64,000 nt of DNA from a virus. Taxonomy: Duplodnaviria > Caudoviricetes. The notes beneath the pieces are model-generated. The model did not search any database and was not told where the DNA came from. It saw only the letters and a list, made by a program, of their open reading frames with translations. The stretch covers positions 32,001 to 96,000 of the IMG/VR virus record IMGVR_UViG_2645727839_000001; one strand, written 5' to 3'. The stretch's first letter is position 1. Each line of letters starts with the position of its first letter. Shown here piece after piece: positions 50,294-58,504 of this stretch. A program made the translations under genes and the position numbers.

Positions 50294-51748
50294 CTATTTG
50301 TTAAACTGCACCTTCATTGCAGCGGCAACTTTATCTACTTTGCCTATACCTACAATGACCTGCACAGCGGTTTCGCTTAGTTTAACAACAGCCGTTGCAC
50401 CAAGAGCTTTAACTGCGTCCTCATCAATAGCTTTTGATGATTTAACTGTTAAGCGAAGACGAGTAATGCAGTTATCGATTTCAACCAAATTATCATTGCC
50501 ACCTAGAGCTTTAATGTAATTATCGGCTAAATCTTCAATACTGCCACCGTCTTCTTTATTCAAGTCTTCACCTCGACCTAGAGTCTTAAGGTTGAATTTC
50601 TTGATAGCAAAGCGGAATAGCACATAGTAAAGAACGAAGAATACTAAACCTTGAGCAATCAGCATGTACCACTGAGTTGCTAGAGGGTTTTGTGTACCTA
50701 GTACGAAGTCAACGAAACCTGCTGAGAAACCGAAACCTGACATCCAACCCATGTGAGCTGAGATAAATAGGCTTAAACCAGTTAGTACAGCGTGGATGAA
50801 GAACAGTACTGGCGCTAAGAACATGAACGAGAACTCAAGAGGTTCTGTGATGCCCGTAAAGAACGATGCAGCAGCAGCCGCAATCATTACAGAGAACACC
50901 TTCGTTTTGTTCTTCTTGTCTGCGCTATGGTAGATAGCTAGTGCAGCAGCAGGTAGACCGAACATCATGATCGGGAAGAAACCTGCTTGGTACATACCAG
51001 TTACACCCGGTGTCGCTGTGCCGTTAGCAATAGACTGAGCACCACCTAAGAAGTTAGGGATGTCATTAATGCCTACTACGTCAAACCAGAAAACAGGGTA
51101 AAGAGCGTGGTGCATACCGATAGATAGCATTAGACGGTTAAAGAAACCGAATAGACCAGCACCTACAGCACCCATATCTTGCAGAGCTGTACCTAATGTT
51201 AGAAGACCGCTGAATACAACTGGCCATACTGCCATTAGAACGAACGCTAGAATCATACCTGCAATAGAGGTCAGGATAGGAACGAGACGTTTGCCTGAGA
51301 AGAATGCTAGTGCTTTAGGTAGCTCGATGTGAGAAGTACGGTTGTAAATCTCAGCAGAGATAATACCGACTACGATACCAACGAACTGGTTAGCAACCTT
51401 GTCAAACGCCATGTTTACGTTTTCGACAGGAATGCCTTGTAGTTGTGCGATTACACCTTTAGATAGAAGAGTTGTAACCACCAGCCACATAACAAAACCT
51501 GAAAGTGCAGCAGAACCGTCTTTGTCTTTTGACAGACCGAATGCAACACCAACAGCGAATAGAACTGCCATGTTATCAATGATAGCCCCGCCTGATTTAA
51601 TAAGGAACGCAGCCAAAACACTGTTCGAACCCCAACCAGTTGGGTCTAACCAATAACCGACACCCATAAGAATAGCCGCAGCAGGAAGAGTAGCTACAGG
51701 CACCATAAGAGCCTTACCTACTTTCTGCATATACCCTAGTATATCCAT
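50294..51748 (-). CDS. nagE: PTS N-acetylglucosamine-specific EIICB transporter
   Basis: QKVGKALMVPVATLPAAAIL, GITEPLEFSFMF, EIIB DNCITRLRL. Confidence 0.92.
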   Translation of the reverse strand: MDILGYMQKVGKALMVPVATLPAAAILMGVGYWLDPTGWGSNSVLAAFLIKSGGAIIDNMAVLFAVGVAFGLSKDKDGSAALSGFVMWLVVTTLLSKGVIAQLQGIPVENVNMAFDKVANQFVGIVVGIISAEIYNRTSHIELPKALAFFSGKRLVPILTSIAGMILAFVLMAVWPVVFSGLLTLGTALQDMGAVGAGLFGFFNRLMLSIGMHHALYPVFWFDVVGINDIPNFLGGAQSIANGTATPGVTGMYQAGFFPIMMFGLPAAALAIYHSADKKNKTKVFSVMIAAAAASFFTGITEPLEFSFMFLAPVLFFIHAVLTGLSLFISAHMGWMSGFGFSAGFVDFVLGTQNPLATQWYMLIAQGLVFFVLYYVLFRFAIKKFNLKTLGRGEDLNKEDGGSIEDLADNYIKALGGNDNLVEIDNCITRLRLTVKSSKAIDEDAVKALGATAVVKLSETAVQVIVGIGKVDKVAAAMKVQFNK

Positions 51749-52005
51749 CTTTTACTCCAAATTTTTAAAGAACAATTTTTTAAGCTTGGGAAGAGAGAAG
51801 GGGGAACAACTCTCTTCCCCGAAAGGACGCTACCCCTTTCTGTATTAAGCAGTGACTAGCTACTTAATAGATTGCTAATTTAACTTTCAGATCTAGGGCA
51901 AACAATGCTACTCAAAGCTAACGCCTTAAGAGTCATAAGCACAGATTAAATAAAGTGTCTACTTAAGCTATATTTATAAAAACTTGCTTGCCGCTTACTA
52001 AAAAC

Positions 52006-52029
52006 TTAATTTGCGTTGCGTAGTATAAG
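52006..52029. promoter_or_regulatory. possible NagC operator upstream of nagE
   Basis: CTTAATTTGCGTTGCGTAGTATAA loosely resembles NagC boxes. Confidence 0.3.
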
Positions 52030-52087
52030 AGTCAGAACCAGTGAACTCAACGAACCTAGATCACAATTCCTGACTCTTACTAGGGTT

Positions 52088-53167
52088 TTATATCATTAAA
52101 TTTAGTCTTATCTTAGCCATCGTGAGCGAGTTCACTGGTTCTGACCTATAAAACGCCAGTCTTACTTCATCTTTCGAAATTTCATTCGGGTCTTTTCCGT
52201 CTGGTAATCTAGCTAAACGGACATCAAAACCAAAACTTCTCAAATGCAATGCTTGTTTACATGCAGCCTTGATAGCTGACGGTTCTCCATCCCACATAAA
52301 GGTGACAGTTCGCAAGCCTTTCTGTTTTAGGTCGAACAACTGAGTGAGCTGACATCCTTTCTCGCCATCTGTAGACAGAGACTTACCAAATGACCCCACC
52401 ACACCTACGCTATTCAATGTCGAATCATCTTCGAACGCCATAATTACAGCCGCCACGTCGAATGCGCCCTCTGCAATTACAATACTCTCCAAGCCTATTA
52501 CGTTATGAGCGTTGTACAGGTACTTACCAGTACCAGCTAAGCCAGGGGGGAATAGATATTTCTTATCTGACCTATTTGTGATGTCGCGACCTTGAAACGT
52601 GACAAGATCACCTGTCATGTCAAAAATAGGAATAATGATCCGATTGTCATACACCTGATACCGGTCTTTCTCAAACAAGGTGTAATCGAATCGACCTGAT
52701 TTACAGAATCGTAAGCCCAAATACTCTGTCACCTCGAGAGATATGTTTCGGTCAGAGAGATATTTGAGGTTCTTGCCTTTGATTGGAAGAGGAAAGGATT
52801 TTGGAAGCTTAACGCTTGTTTGGAGGTTTGTTGCTCGAGCTTTTTTCTTTACTGGAATCCAGCCAGTTAACTCGATGTACTTCTCTAGCTCTTGATAGGC
52901 GGCCTTGCCATTACCGAGTAGATGTTTGGCAAAGGTGAATAGGTTAAAGCCCGGTTCACCAACACATGAGCCGTGAAAGCAATTGCCAAGCCCAGTATCT
53001 ATGCCTAAATAGACTTTCCAAGAGTTACCCCCACAACGGGGGCACTCCTTAATGTTAGCCTGAACGCCAGAGCTGCCTTGTGCGATTCTCATATCTACGC
53101 CTAAGTGCGATAGAAAATCCTCTACATCGACCTGCTCTAGCATTTCTTTTAATTCGCTATGAGCCAT
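52088..53167 (-). CDS. DNA primase (zinc finger plus TOPRIM)
   Basis: CPRC...CFHGSC, FQGRDI, IAEGAFD, WDGE, KDPNE. Confidence 0.88.
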   Translation of the reverse strand: MAHSELKEMLEQVDVEDFLSHLGVDMRIAQGSSGVQANIKECPRCGGNSWKVYLGIDTGLGNCFHGSCVGEPGFNLFTFAKHLLGNGKAAYQELEKYIELTGWIPVKKKARATNLQTSVKLPKSFPLPIKGKNLKYLSDRNISLEVTEYLGLRFCKSGRFDYTLFEKDRYQVYDNRIIIPIFDMTGDLVTFQGRDITNRSDKKYLFPPGLAGTGKYLYNAHNVIGLESIVIAEGAFDVAAVIMAFEDDSTLNSVGVVGSFGKSLSTDGEKGCQLTQLFDLKQKGLRTVTFMWDGEPSAIKAACKQALHLRSFGFDVRLARLPDGKDPNEISKDEVRLAFYRSEPVNSLTMAKIRLNLMI

Positions 53168-53330
53168 TATCTTTCCATACTCTATGAAGCCAGATAAAAG
53201 TCAGTGCGCAGATAATCGAACCAATAGCGACAGCACTTCTCTTAGTGTCGCCTAGTGCGCCCAGACCAAATGTAACCAATTGAGCGATTAGTGAGATCGC
53301 TATAATTCGTACCGTCTTCTGGATATTCAT
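53157..53330 (-). CDS. small two-TM membrane protein
   Basis: Start MNIQK with shared leader; operator at 53347-53364. Confidence 0.6.
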   Translation of the reverse strand: MNIQKTVRIIAISLIAQLVTFGLGALGDTKRSAVAIGSIICALTFIWLHRVWKDNGS

Positions 53331-53375
53331 GTGATTCTCTTTGTGTGTAGTCACTGGTGACTTATGTGTTTACTA

Positions 53376-54869
53376 CTAGCAAATATCTATAACCCCGTCG
53401 ATGAAGCTCATCTTGTCGAGGGTTTGTTTAATCCGAACTGAGAATTCACCTGATTGGTTACGACTGGCTGCAAAGTACAGTCGAGCCTCACCTTTGTCTC
53501 GTTCTTCGTCAGTACGGTTAATTGAAAGCACAAGGTCGGCAATTCGAATCTTGTTAAAGTCTTCTGCCACGTCTTCTGCTTTAGCGGTTGTGTTCTTGAA
53601 GCCAGAACGGTTCGTCTGAGTAGCGGTAAGCATTGCGCAGTTTTCCACCTGAGCAATCGCACGCAAACCCAACCAAATCTGTTTGCTGTTTTCAATCTCA
53701 CTTTGGGTCATGTAATCAGGGGCCATGATGTCGGCATAGTCTACGATGATTACATCGAACTTAATACCTTCTCCGCGATACCTTTCAATTACACGCTTAA
53801 GCTCCTTACAAGTAAGCGTACCCGATGGGAATTCACAAATCTTGAACTCACCAGCCATAGTACGTTTGGCGCGAATCTCGTCTCGAATAGAAACTAGGTT
53901 CTCGTCTAAGTCGCCCATCGATGTTTTTGTTACGTTGGCATCAAGACGATCCGAGATGATCGCGTGTGATACCTCGAGCGTTGCGTAAAGAACGTTGTAA
54001 CCCTGCAAGCTGAAAGCCATACCGAAGTGGCCCAGACCCATAGACTTACCTTTCTTAGCACCACCCATGATGACACTAAGCTCTTTACGGCCTACGCCTT
54101 TGTGATAAAGCAGATCATCAATCTTCTTGTTGCCTGTCGGGATACCGGTTGGCTTAATTAGACCGCTTACCTTATCTTTTCGTCGTTCGGTACGCTCATC
54201 GATGTCAGCCCAGTAATCCAATTCTTCATACGAGCGAGTGACACCCATATTGAATGCTTTGGTAAAGTTCGATTCGATAGCATCAAAGTCGCCACGTTCA
54301 GCGTTGTCTATTGCTGAGTGGATAGCTTTCATGATCTCCTGTTTTTTACAGAAGTCAGCTACACGGTCGAGCACGAAGTCTGAGTTAGACAGGCTCTCTC
54401 GCTTGATTGAACGCCACTTGTCGATGACACCACGTTTAGCTTCTTCTCTAATGATTCGATGGTTAATCGCATCTTTTAGAATTTCTGTCCAAACTGAGCC
54501 ATCACCGCTAGGTAACTGCGCGTACTTATCAAAGTGTTTTTGAGCTAAACCAACTAGCATTGCTTCATTGTAGTTCTCGAAATGATGAGGTTTGATCATG
54601 CCGTCTACTCGACGCATGAAATTCTCATCACGAATCATCAATGCCGCAATCTTAGTTTGGAAGTCCTCTGCGAAATCGAAGGGGAGCTCCTTTGGTTTCT
54701 CTTCAGGTTTGATAACCGGAGCAGGGTGTTTCTCTTCCTTGCCTACTCCACCCATCATCATTGCCCCAACGTCTTCCGCCACTGATTTCTCAGTGGCAAC
54801 TTTTGGTTTGGGTTTTGATGTGGCAATTTTTGCCCGAACTGCTGCTATAGCATCTGGTTCTCTATCCAT
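53376..54869 (-). CDS. DnaB/gp41-like replicative helicase
   Basis: GGAKKGKS, ATLE, IIVDYAD, TATQTNR, IADLVL. Confidence 0.9.
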   Translation of the reverse strand: MDREPDAIAAVRAKIATSKPKPKVATEKSVAEDVGAMMMGGVGKEEKHPAPVIKPEEKPKELPFDFAEDFQTKIAALMIRDENFMRRVDGMIKPHHFENYNEAMLVGLAQKHFDKYAQLPSGDGSVWTEILKDAINHRIIREEAKRGVIDKWRSIKRESLSNSDFVLDRVADFCKKQEIMKAIHSAIDNAERGDFDAIESNFTKAFNMGVTRSYEELDYWADIDERTERRKDKVSGLIKPTGIPTGNKKIDDLLYHKGVGRKELSVIMGGAKKGKSMGLGHFGMAFSLQGYNVLYATLEVSHAIISDRLDANVTKTSMGDLDENLVSIRDEIRAKRTMAGEFKICEFPSGTLTCKELKRVIERYRGEGIKFDVIIVDYADIMAPDYMTQSEIENSKQIWLGLRAIAQVENCAMLTATQTNRSGFKNTTAKAEDVAEDFNKIRIADLVLSINRTDEERDKGEARLYFAASRNQSGEFSVRIKQTLDKMSFIDGVIDIC

Positions 54870-54881
54870 GATTGCTCCTTA

Positions 54882-55172
54882 CTATTGAGCAACTTCGTTA
54901 TAACCAAGCAGCGAGCTTTTGAAGACCGTAAATGGGGTAGGTTTTCCGATCTCTACGGTGATGGTGAAAGCATCGTAACTTTTAAGCTTACCCTTAATCA
55001 CAAGGCCAGAGTTGGCATGAAGTTCAATGTCTGCTTCGCGACGAAGTAGATCTAGCAGGTGAGCATCGTGACCACGAATGCCTTGCTTCTTACGTTCCTG
55101 ACTTCCGTAGTTCTTATGAGCACCTTTGCCCTTGTGGTTCTGAGGAAGGCGACGGTTATTTTTGTTATCCAT
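54882..55172 (-). CDS. hfq: Hfq-like Sm-fold RNA chaperone
   Basis: HDAHLLDLLRREADIELHANSGLVIKGKLKSYDAFTI...TVFKSSL parallels Hfq [37 protein letters not shown]...MVYKHAI. Confidence 0.75.
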   Translation of the reverse strand: MDNKNNRRLPQNHKGKGAHKNYGSQERKKQGIRGHDAHLLDLLRREADIELHANSGLVIKGKLKSYDAFTITVEIGKPTPFTVFKSSLLGYNEVAQ

Positions 55173-55230
55173 TTTCTTATCTCTTTATGCGTGAAACATT
55201 AATAATAAACTTAAGTAAGTGGTGACTGAA

Positions 55231-55929
55231 CTATTCAGCTAAAATTTTCGCTCGAGCGACGGCTTTTTCACCGAACTGTTGAATCGCTTCTGTATGCTTC
55301 AACATTGGGTTTTCGTAAACGTATGCAGCTAACGAGAACTCTGGTCGAGAACTACGCTGTATCTGTCGCATGAGCGATATACGGTGTGCTCTCTGATAAG
55401 GGTGCTCAACGTTATTCTCGATCTGGTAAAAATCATCAGTGCTGACAAGTAGGTTCACCTGTCGCCACTCGTTCCACCTGGTCAAGATGAACTCCACCAT
55501 AGAAATGGCAGACCACGTTTCTGATTCTGCTTTTACCGATTCCGAATACAAGTGACACGGCTTAGGTGGATATGGCCAACAACAAAGATCGGCATATTCC
55601 ATAGCTCTGTGGCACCAGAACTCGTATGGCACACCATGTTTGTCGGCTATCTTTCTAGCTTTCCATAACCCGGTGATTGTTGTCTTTGACTCAAGCAGCA
55701 AGTCACCTTTCTTTAGAACCCTAGCGTTCATACCTATGTAAATGTCGATCTGCTTTTTTAAAGCTGACTTCATTGCTTTTACATACGCATCAGCAAAAAC
55801 TCTGGTTGCTTCAAGTGGGTGCATTAGCCTGTAGTCCCACCACTTTGACTTGTACAGGTCAGCTTCGCCATCTAAGAGGGCAGGGCTGACAGTAATGATT
55901 GTTAGGTGATCTAGTTCCGCACTGTTCAT
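55231..55929 (-). CDS. hypothetical protein heading the hfq-helicase-primase operon
   Basis: 232-aa ORF; operators at 55212 and 55934. Confidence 0.7.
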   Translation of the reverse strand: MNSAELDHLTIITVSPALLDGEADLYKSKWWDYRLMHPLEATRVFADAYVKAMKSALKKQIDIYIGMNARVLKKGDLLLESKTTITGLWKARKIADKHGVPYEFWCHRAMEYADLCCWPYPPKPCHLYSESVKAESETWSAISMVEFILTRWNEWRQVNLLVSTDDFYQIENNVEHPYQRAHRISLMRQIQRSSRPEFSLAAYVYENPMLKHTEAIQQFGEKAVARAKILAE

Positions 55930-56020
55930 TAGTTAAGTCAGTAGTGAGTGATGTTGATATCTTATAGATAGTAGAGTGGTAATGAAAGAGAAGCTGATCT
56001 TAATACCGCGTTATATTTCT

Positions 56021-56119
56021 TGGACTAGGAGAGGGTAAAAATACGTTCTGTATAATATATATCTATCTTTGATAGATATATTAATATAAGGGACTGCGGA
56101 AAAACCCTCTCCTAATCCA
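56021..56119. repeat. ~99-bp palindromic element B (inverted homologue of 11176-11272)
   Basis: TGGACTAGGAGAGGGT...ATATATCTATC-TTT-GATAGATATAT...ACCCTCTCCTAATCCA. Confidence 0.85.
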
Positions 56120-56176
56120 TACTTTAATTTTCTCCGTGAAAAAATATTTGCATTGCCTCATTCTCATCGTTTAGAG

Positions 56177-56194
56177 TAAGTCACTGCTGACTGA
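56177..56194. promoter_or_regulatory. 18-bp operator copy abutting a TTGCCT...TAGAGT putative promoter
   Basis: TAAGTCACTGCTGACTGA. Confidence 0.7.
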
Positions 56195-56240
56195 TTCATA
56201 TAGTGAGCTTGCACTGTATACACACACACAAAGAGAAACG

Positions 56241-56585
56241 ATGGTGAGAACTCGAAGCATACCTCAAGAAGAATTGATAAAGCTTTACGAGTATGAACGT
56301 TCATTATCAAGAAGGCTGCTCGGCTTGGGCGAGAAAATTAAGGTCGCCAGAGAAGCTAATCGATACTCGCAAGAAACAATCGCGGAATGCTTGAACGTAT
56401 CACGCTCCACAGTTAGCGCAATCGAAAGAGGTAAGAGCACTCCTTCTTTGGCGTTATTGTTAAAGATATCGTACATAACCAATCGTCCACTTGATTGGTT
56501 CTTCGATAGAAACATAGATCCCTTAGCGGGGATCAAGTCAATCAAGCTAAACCTGAACAACGGACTCTACGAAATAGAGTACTAG
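56241..56585 (+). CDS. XRE-family HTH regulator
   Basis: LGEKIKVARE...SQETIAE.LNVSRSTVSAIERGKSTPSL. Confidence 0.88.
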   Translation: MVRTRSIPQEELIKLYEYERSLSRRLLGLGEKIKVAREANRYSQETIAECLNVSRSTVSAIERGKSTPSLALLLKISYITNRPLDWFFDRNIDPLAGIKSIKLNLNNGLYEIEY

Positions 56586-56611
56586 CGTCTTACTACACAA
56601 AGAGAAACACT

Positions 56612-57145
56612 ATGGCACTACCACACATTTTACTTTCTGAACTAGAGAAGAAGAGTCAGACAGGCTACGACATAAGCTGTATTTTGATTCGCACACCTCA
56701 CGGGCGTTATTGGCGAGCTAGCCACCAGCAAATTTATCGAGATCTAAACAAGATGCTCGAAAATAAACTGGTAACAGTAAGGCTAGTACCGCAAGTAGGT
56801 AAACCTGACCGTAAGATTTATTCAATTACCAAGCTAGGGAGGGTTGAACTAAGTGAATGGCTAAGTTCACCACCTGAATTGCCTACGTTCCGAGATGAAA
56901 TGGCCTCTCGAATTATGGCTGCGAAAGGTGAGGACATACCGGGTTTGATTGAATCACTTCTCGAAATGGAAAACGAGTGCGAAAAGTACCTAGATGTAGT
57001 CACAGAAAATCGTAAAATGATCGACGAAGCCGACATTTCCAAGTTTGAAAAGACAAAATTCAAAATCATGTTTAACCGAGCAGAAGAGCACTGGTTAAGT
57101 TTTTATAACTGGTCAGTAGAAACTCGCCAATTACTGGTGTTGTAG
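56612..57145 (+). CDS. aphA: AphA-like PadR-family regulator
   Basis: MALPHILL...TGYDI...YWRASHQQIYRDLNKM...PQVGKPDRKIYSIT..G...L.EW...PTFRDE closely follows Vibrio AphA. Confidence 0.8.
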   Translation: MALPHILLSELEKKSQTGYDISCILIRTPHGRYWRASHQQIYRDLNKMLENKLVTVRLVPQVGKPDRKIYSITKLGRVELSEWLSSPPELPTFRDEMASRIMAAKGEDIPGLIESLLEMENECEKYLDVVTENRKMIDEADISKFEKTKFKIMFNRAEEHWLSFYNWSVETRQLLVL

Positions 57146-57155
57146 GAGAAATAAA

Positions 57156-57257
57156 ATGCGAATTGATAAAGGCTTCATCTACTACTTCGGCTGGGCTGCA
57201 CTCTTGGGAATGGGTGCTCCGTTTATTGTTTTATACCTAGCTGTCAATGGCGGCTAA
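57156..57257 (+). CDS. 33-aa hydrophobic peptide
   Basis: AGGAG RBS; MRIDKGFIYYFGWAALLGMGAPFIVLYLAVNGG. Confidence 0.55.
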   Translation: MRIDKGFIYYFGWAALLGMGAPFIVLYLAVNGG

Positions 57258-57299
57258 TCACTAGAAAGGAAGGTGGGCGAAAGTCCACCTTGATATGTT

Positions 57300-58010
57300 A
57301 TGCACAAAGAGAAAATCACTATCGAGGTTGGCAACCTCCGTATCAACGCACTGGTTGATTCACAATTAACAGCTATCACTAAGCTAGGCCAAATCACTGA
57401 CGTAGAAATCAGTGAGCACCATGAAATCCACAATGTTCTAACCAAAATTGTGCGCTCGAAGATTCCAGAAGAGCTATTGCCACCAACGCAAAAGCAACTT
57501 AATTACGCCAATAACATTGCCAAAGATTTACGAATCGAACTGCCAGAGAAAGCAAAGCGTCGTCAATTAGAATGCGAGATGTTTCTAAACAAACACGCAG
57601 CTATCCATAGCAACCAAGTTACGTTCAAATGCATGATCAAAGATATAATCAAGCCATATTTACCTCGAGCGAGAAAGATAGCTAAAGGTGCTACGGCTAT
57701 CGACATGCTAGAGGAAGGTAAAACCGAAGACCAAGTTCGTAAACATTTTGATGTTGTTAATTGGAGAACGGTTGAGAACTACATCTTAGCGTTTAAAGCA
57801 TTTGACCCAACGGGCCTGAGCGAAGAGACGGCAAACATCGGCTTTCTATCTGTTCTAATTAAAAGCGGTCTAGTTCCCGAAGAGCATTTGGCGTGGGATC
57901 TTGCTCAGATGAACCCAAATCTGAGTGGCGAAACAGATTTCCAAATCTTTAATCCTAAAGTTTTGACGACTCAGATCATGACGGACTGCTGTGATATCAA
58001 GATGCACTAG
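57300..58010 (+). CDS. hypothetical protein
   Basis: PPTQKQLNYA..IA..L motif; 236 aa. Confidence 0.65.
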   Translation: MHKEKITIEVGNLRINALVDSQLTAITKLGQITDVEISEHHEIHNVLTKIVRSKIPEELLPPTQKQLNYANNIAKDLRIELPEKAKRRQLECEMFLNKHAAIHSNQVTFKCMIKDIIKPYLPRARKIAKGATAIDMLEEGKTEDQVRKHFDVVNWRTVENYILAFKAFDPTGLSEETANIGFLSVLIKSGLVPEEHLAWDLAQMNPNLSGETDFQIFNPKVLTTQIMTDCCDIKMH

Positions 58011-58013
58011 TAG

Positions 58014-58041
58014 ACTACGTATTATCATTATTATGTTAAAT
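58014..58041 (+). other. dif: XerCD dif-like site
   Basis: ACTACGTATTA-TCATTA-TTATGTTAAAT: canonical XerD arm, Vibrio-like XerC arm, 6-bp spacer. Confidence 0.85.
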
Positions 58042-58055
58042 ATCAAGCACTTAAG

Positions 58056-58415
58056 ATGATTTCTTATATTTTAATTGGCAAGAATCCAGTCGCTATCACT
58101 CAAGATCAACACCTTGAGTGGGGGCGATGGATGCAGCATCAACCAAGACATGTTGCGTACACAAAGATACCGGCTAAAAAGCCTTTGCGTAAAGGCAACC
58201 CTAGAATGCTTAAGCTATTGAACCTAATACGTACTCAGGATGTCGTAGTTAGCACAGTATTTCTAGGTTTAGATCACCGTCACTTTGGCGAGGGACATCC
58301 TATCCTCTTTGAAACAATGATATTCGGAGGCAAGGATAACGATGCTCAATGGCGTTATTGTGATTGGGATACCGCAGCTGGTCATCATGCTCACCTTATA
58401 GATAAAATGCAGTAA
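58056..58415 (+). CDS. phage-type hypothetical protein
   Basis: VSTVFLGLDH...LFETMIFGG...RY motif. Confidence 0.7.
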   Translation: MISYILIGKNPVAITQDQHLEWGRWMQHQPRHVAYTKIPAKKPLRKGNPRMLKLLNLIRTQDVVVSTVFLGLDHRHFGEGHPILFETMIFGGKDNDAQWRYCDWDTAAGHHAHLIDKMQ

Positions 58416-58459
58416 GACAAAGTCCCTCAATAGAGGGGCTTTTTTTATGTTCTGAACGT

Positions 58460-58493
58460 CTTAAGGCTAATGTATGCATACGTTAGCCTTAAG
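58460..58493. repeat. 34-bp near-perfect palindrome; degenerate direct copy at 58971-59002
   Basis: CTTAAGGCTAATGTATGCATACGTTAGCCTTAAG. Confidence 0.75.
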
Positions 58494-58504
58494 GGGTGGG
58501 ACTT

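Noticed and set aside
57300-57325. Leader-like CACAAAGAGAAAATCACT at the start of the 57300 ORF
   Set aside because: Followed by ATC rather than ATG and lies inside the predicted ORF; ambiguous, so not counted among the leader copies
58460-58493. Resemblance to loxP (34 bp, contains ATGTATGC)
   Set aside because: The symmetry axis and arms differ from loxP, and no Cre-like gene is in the window
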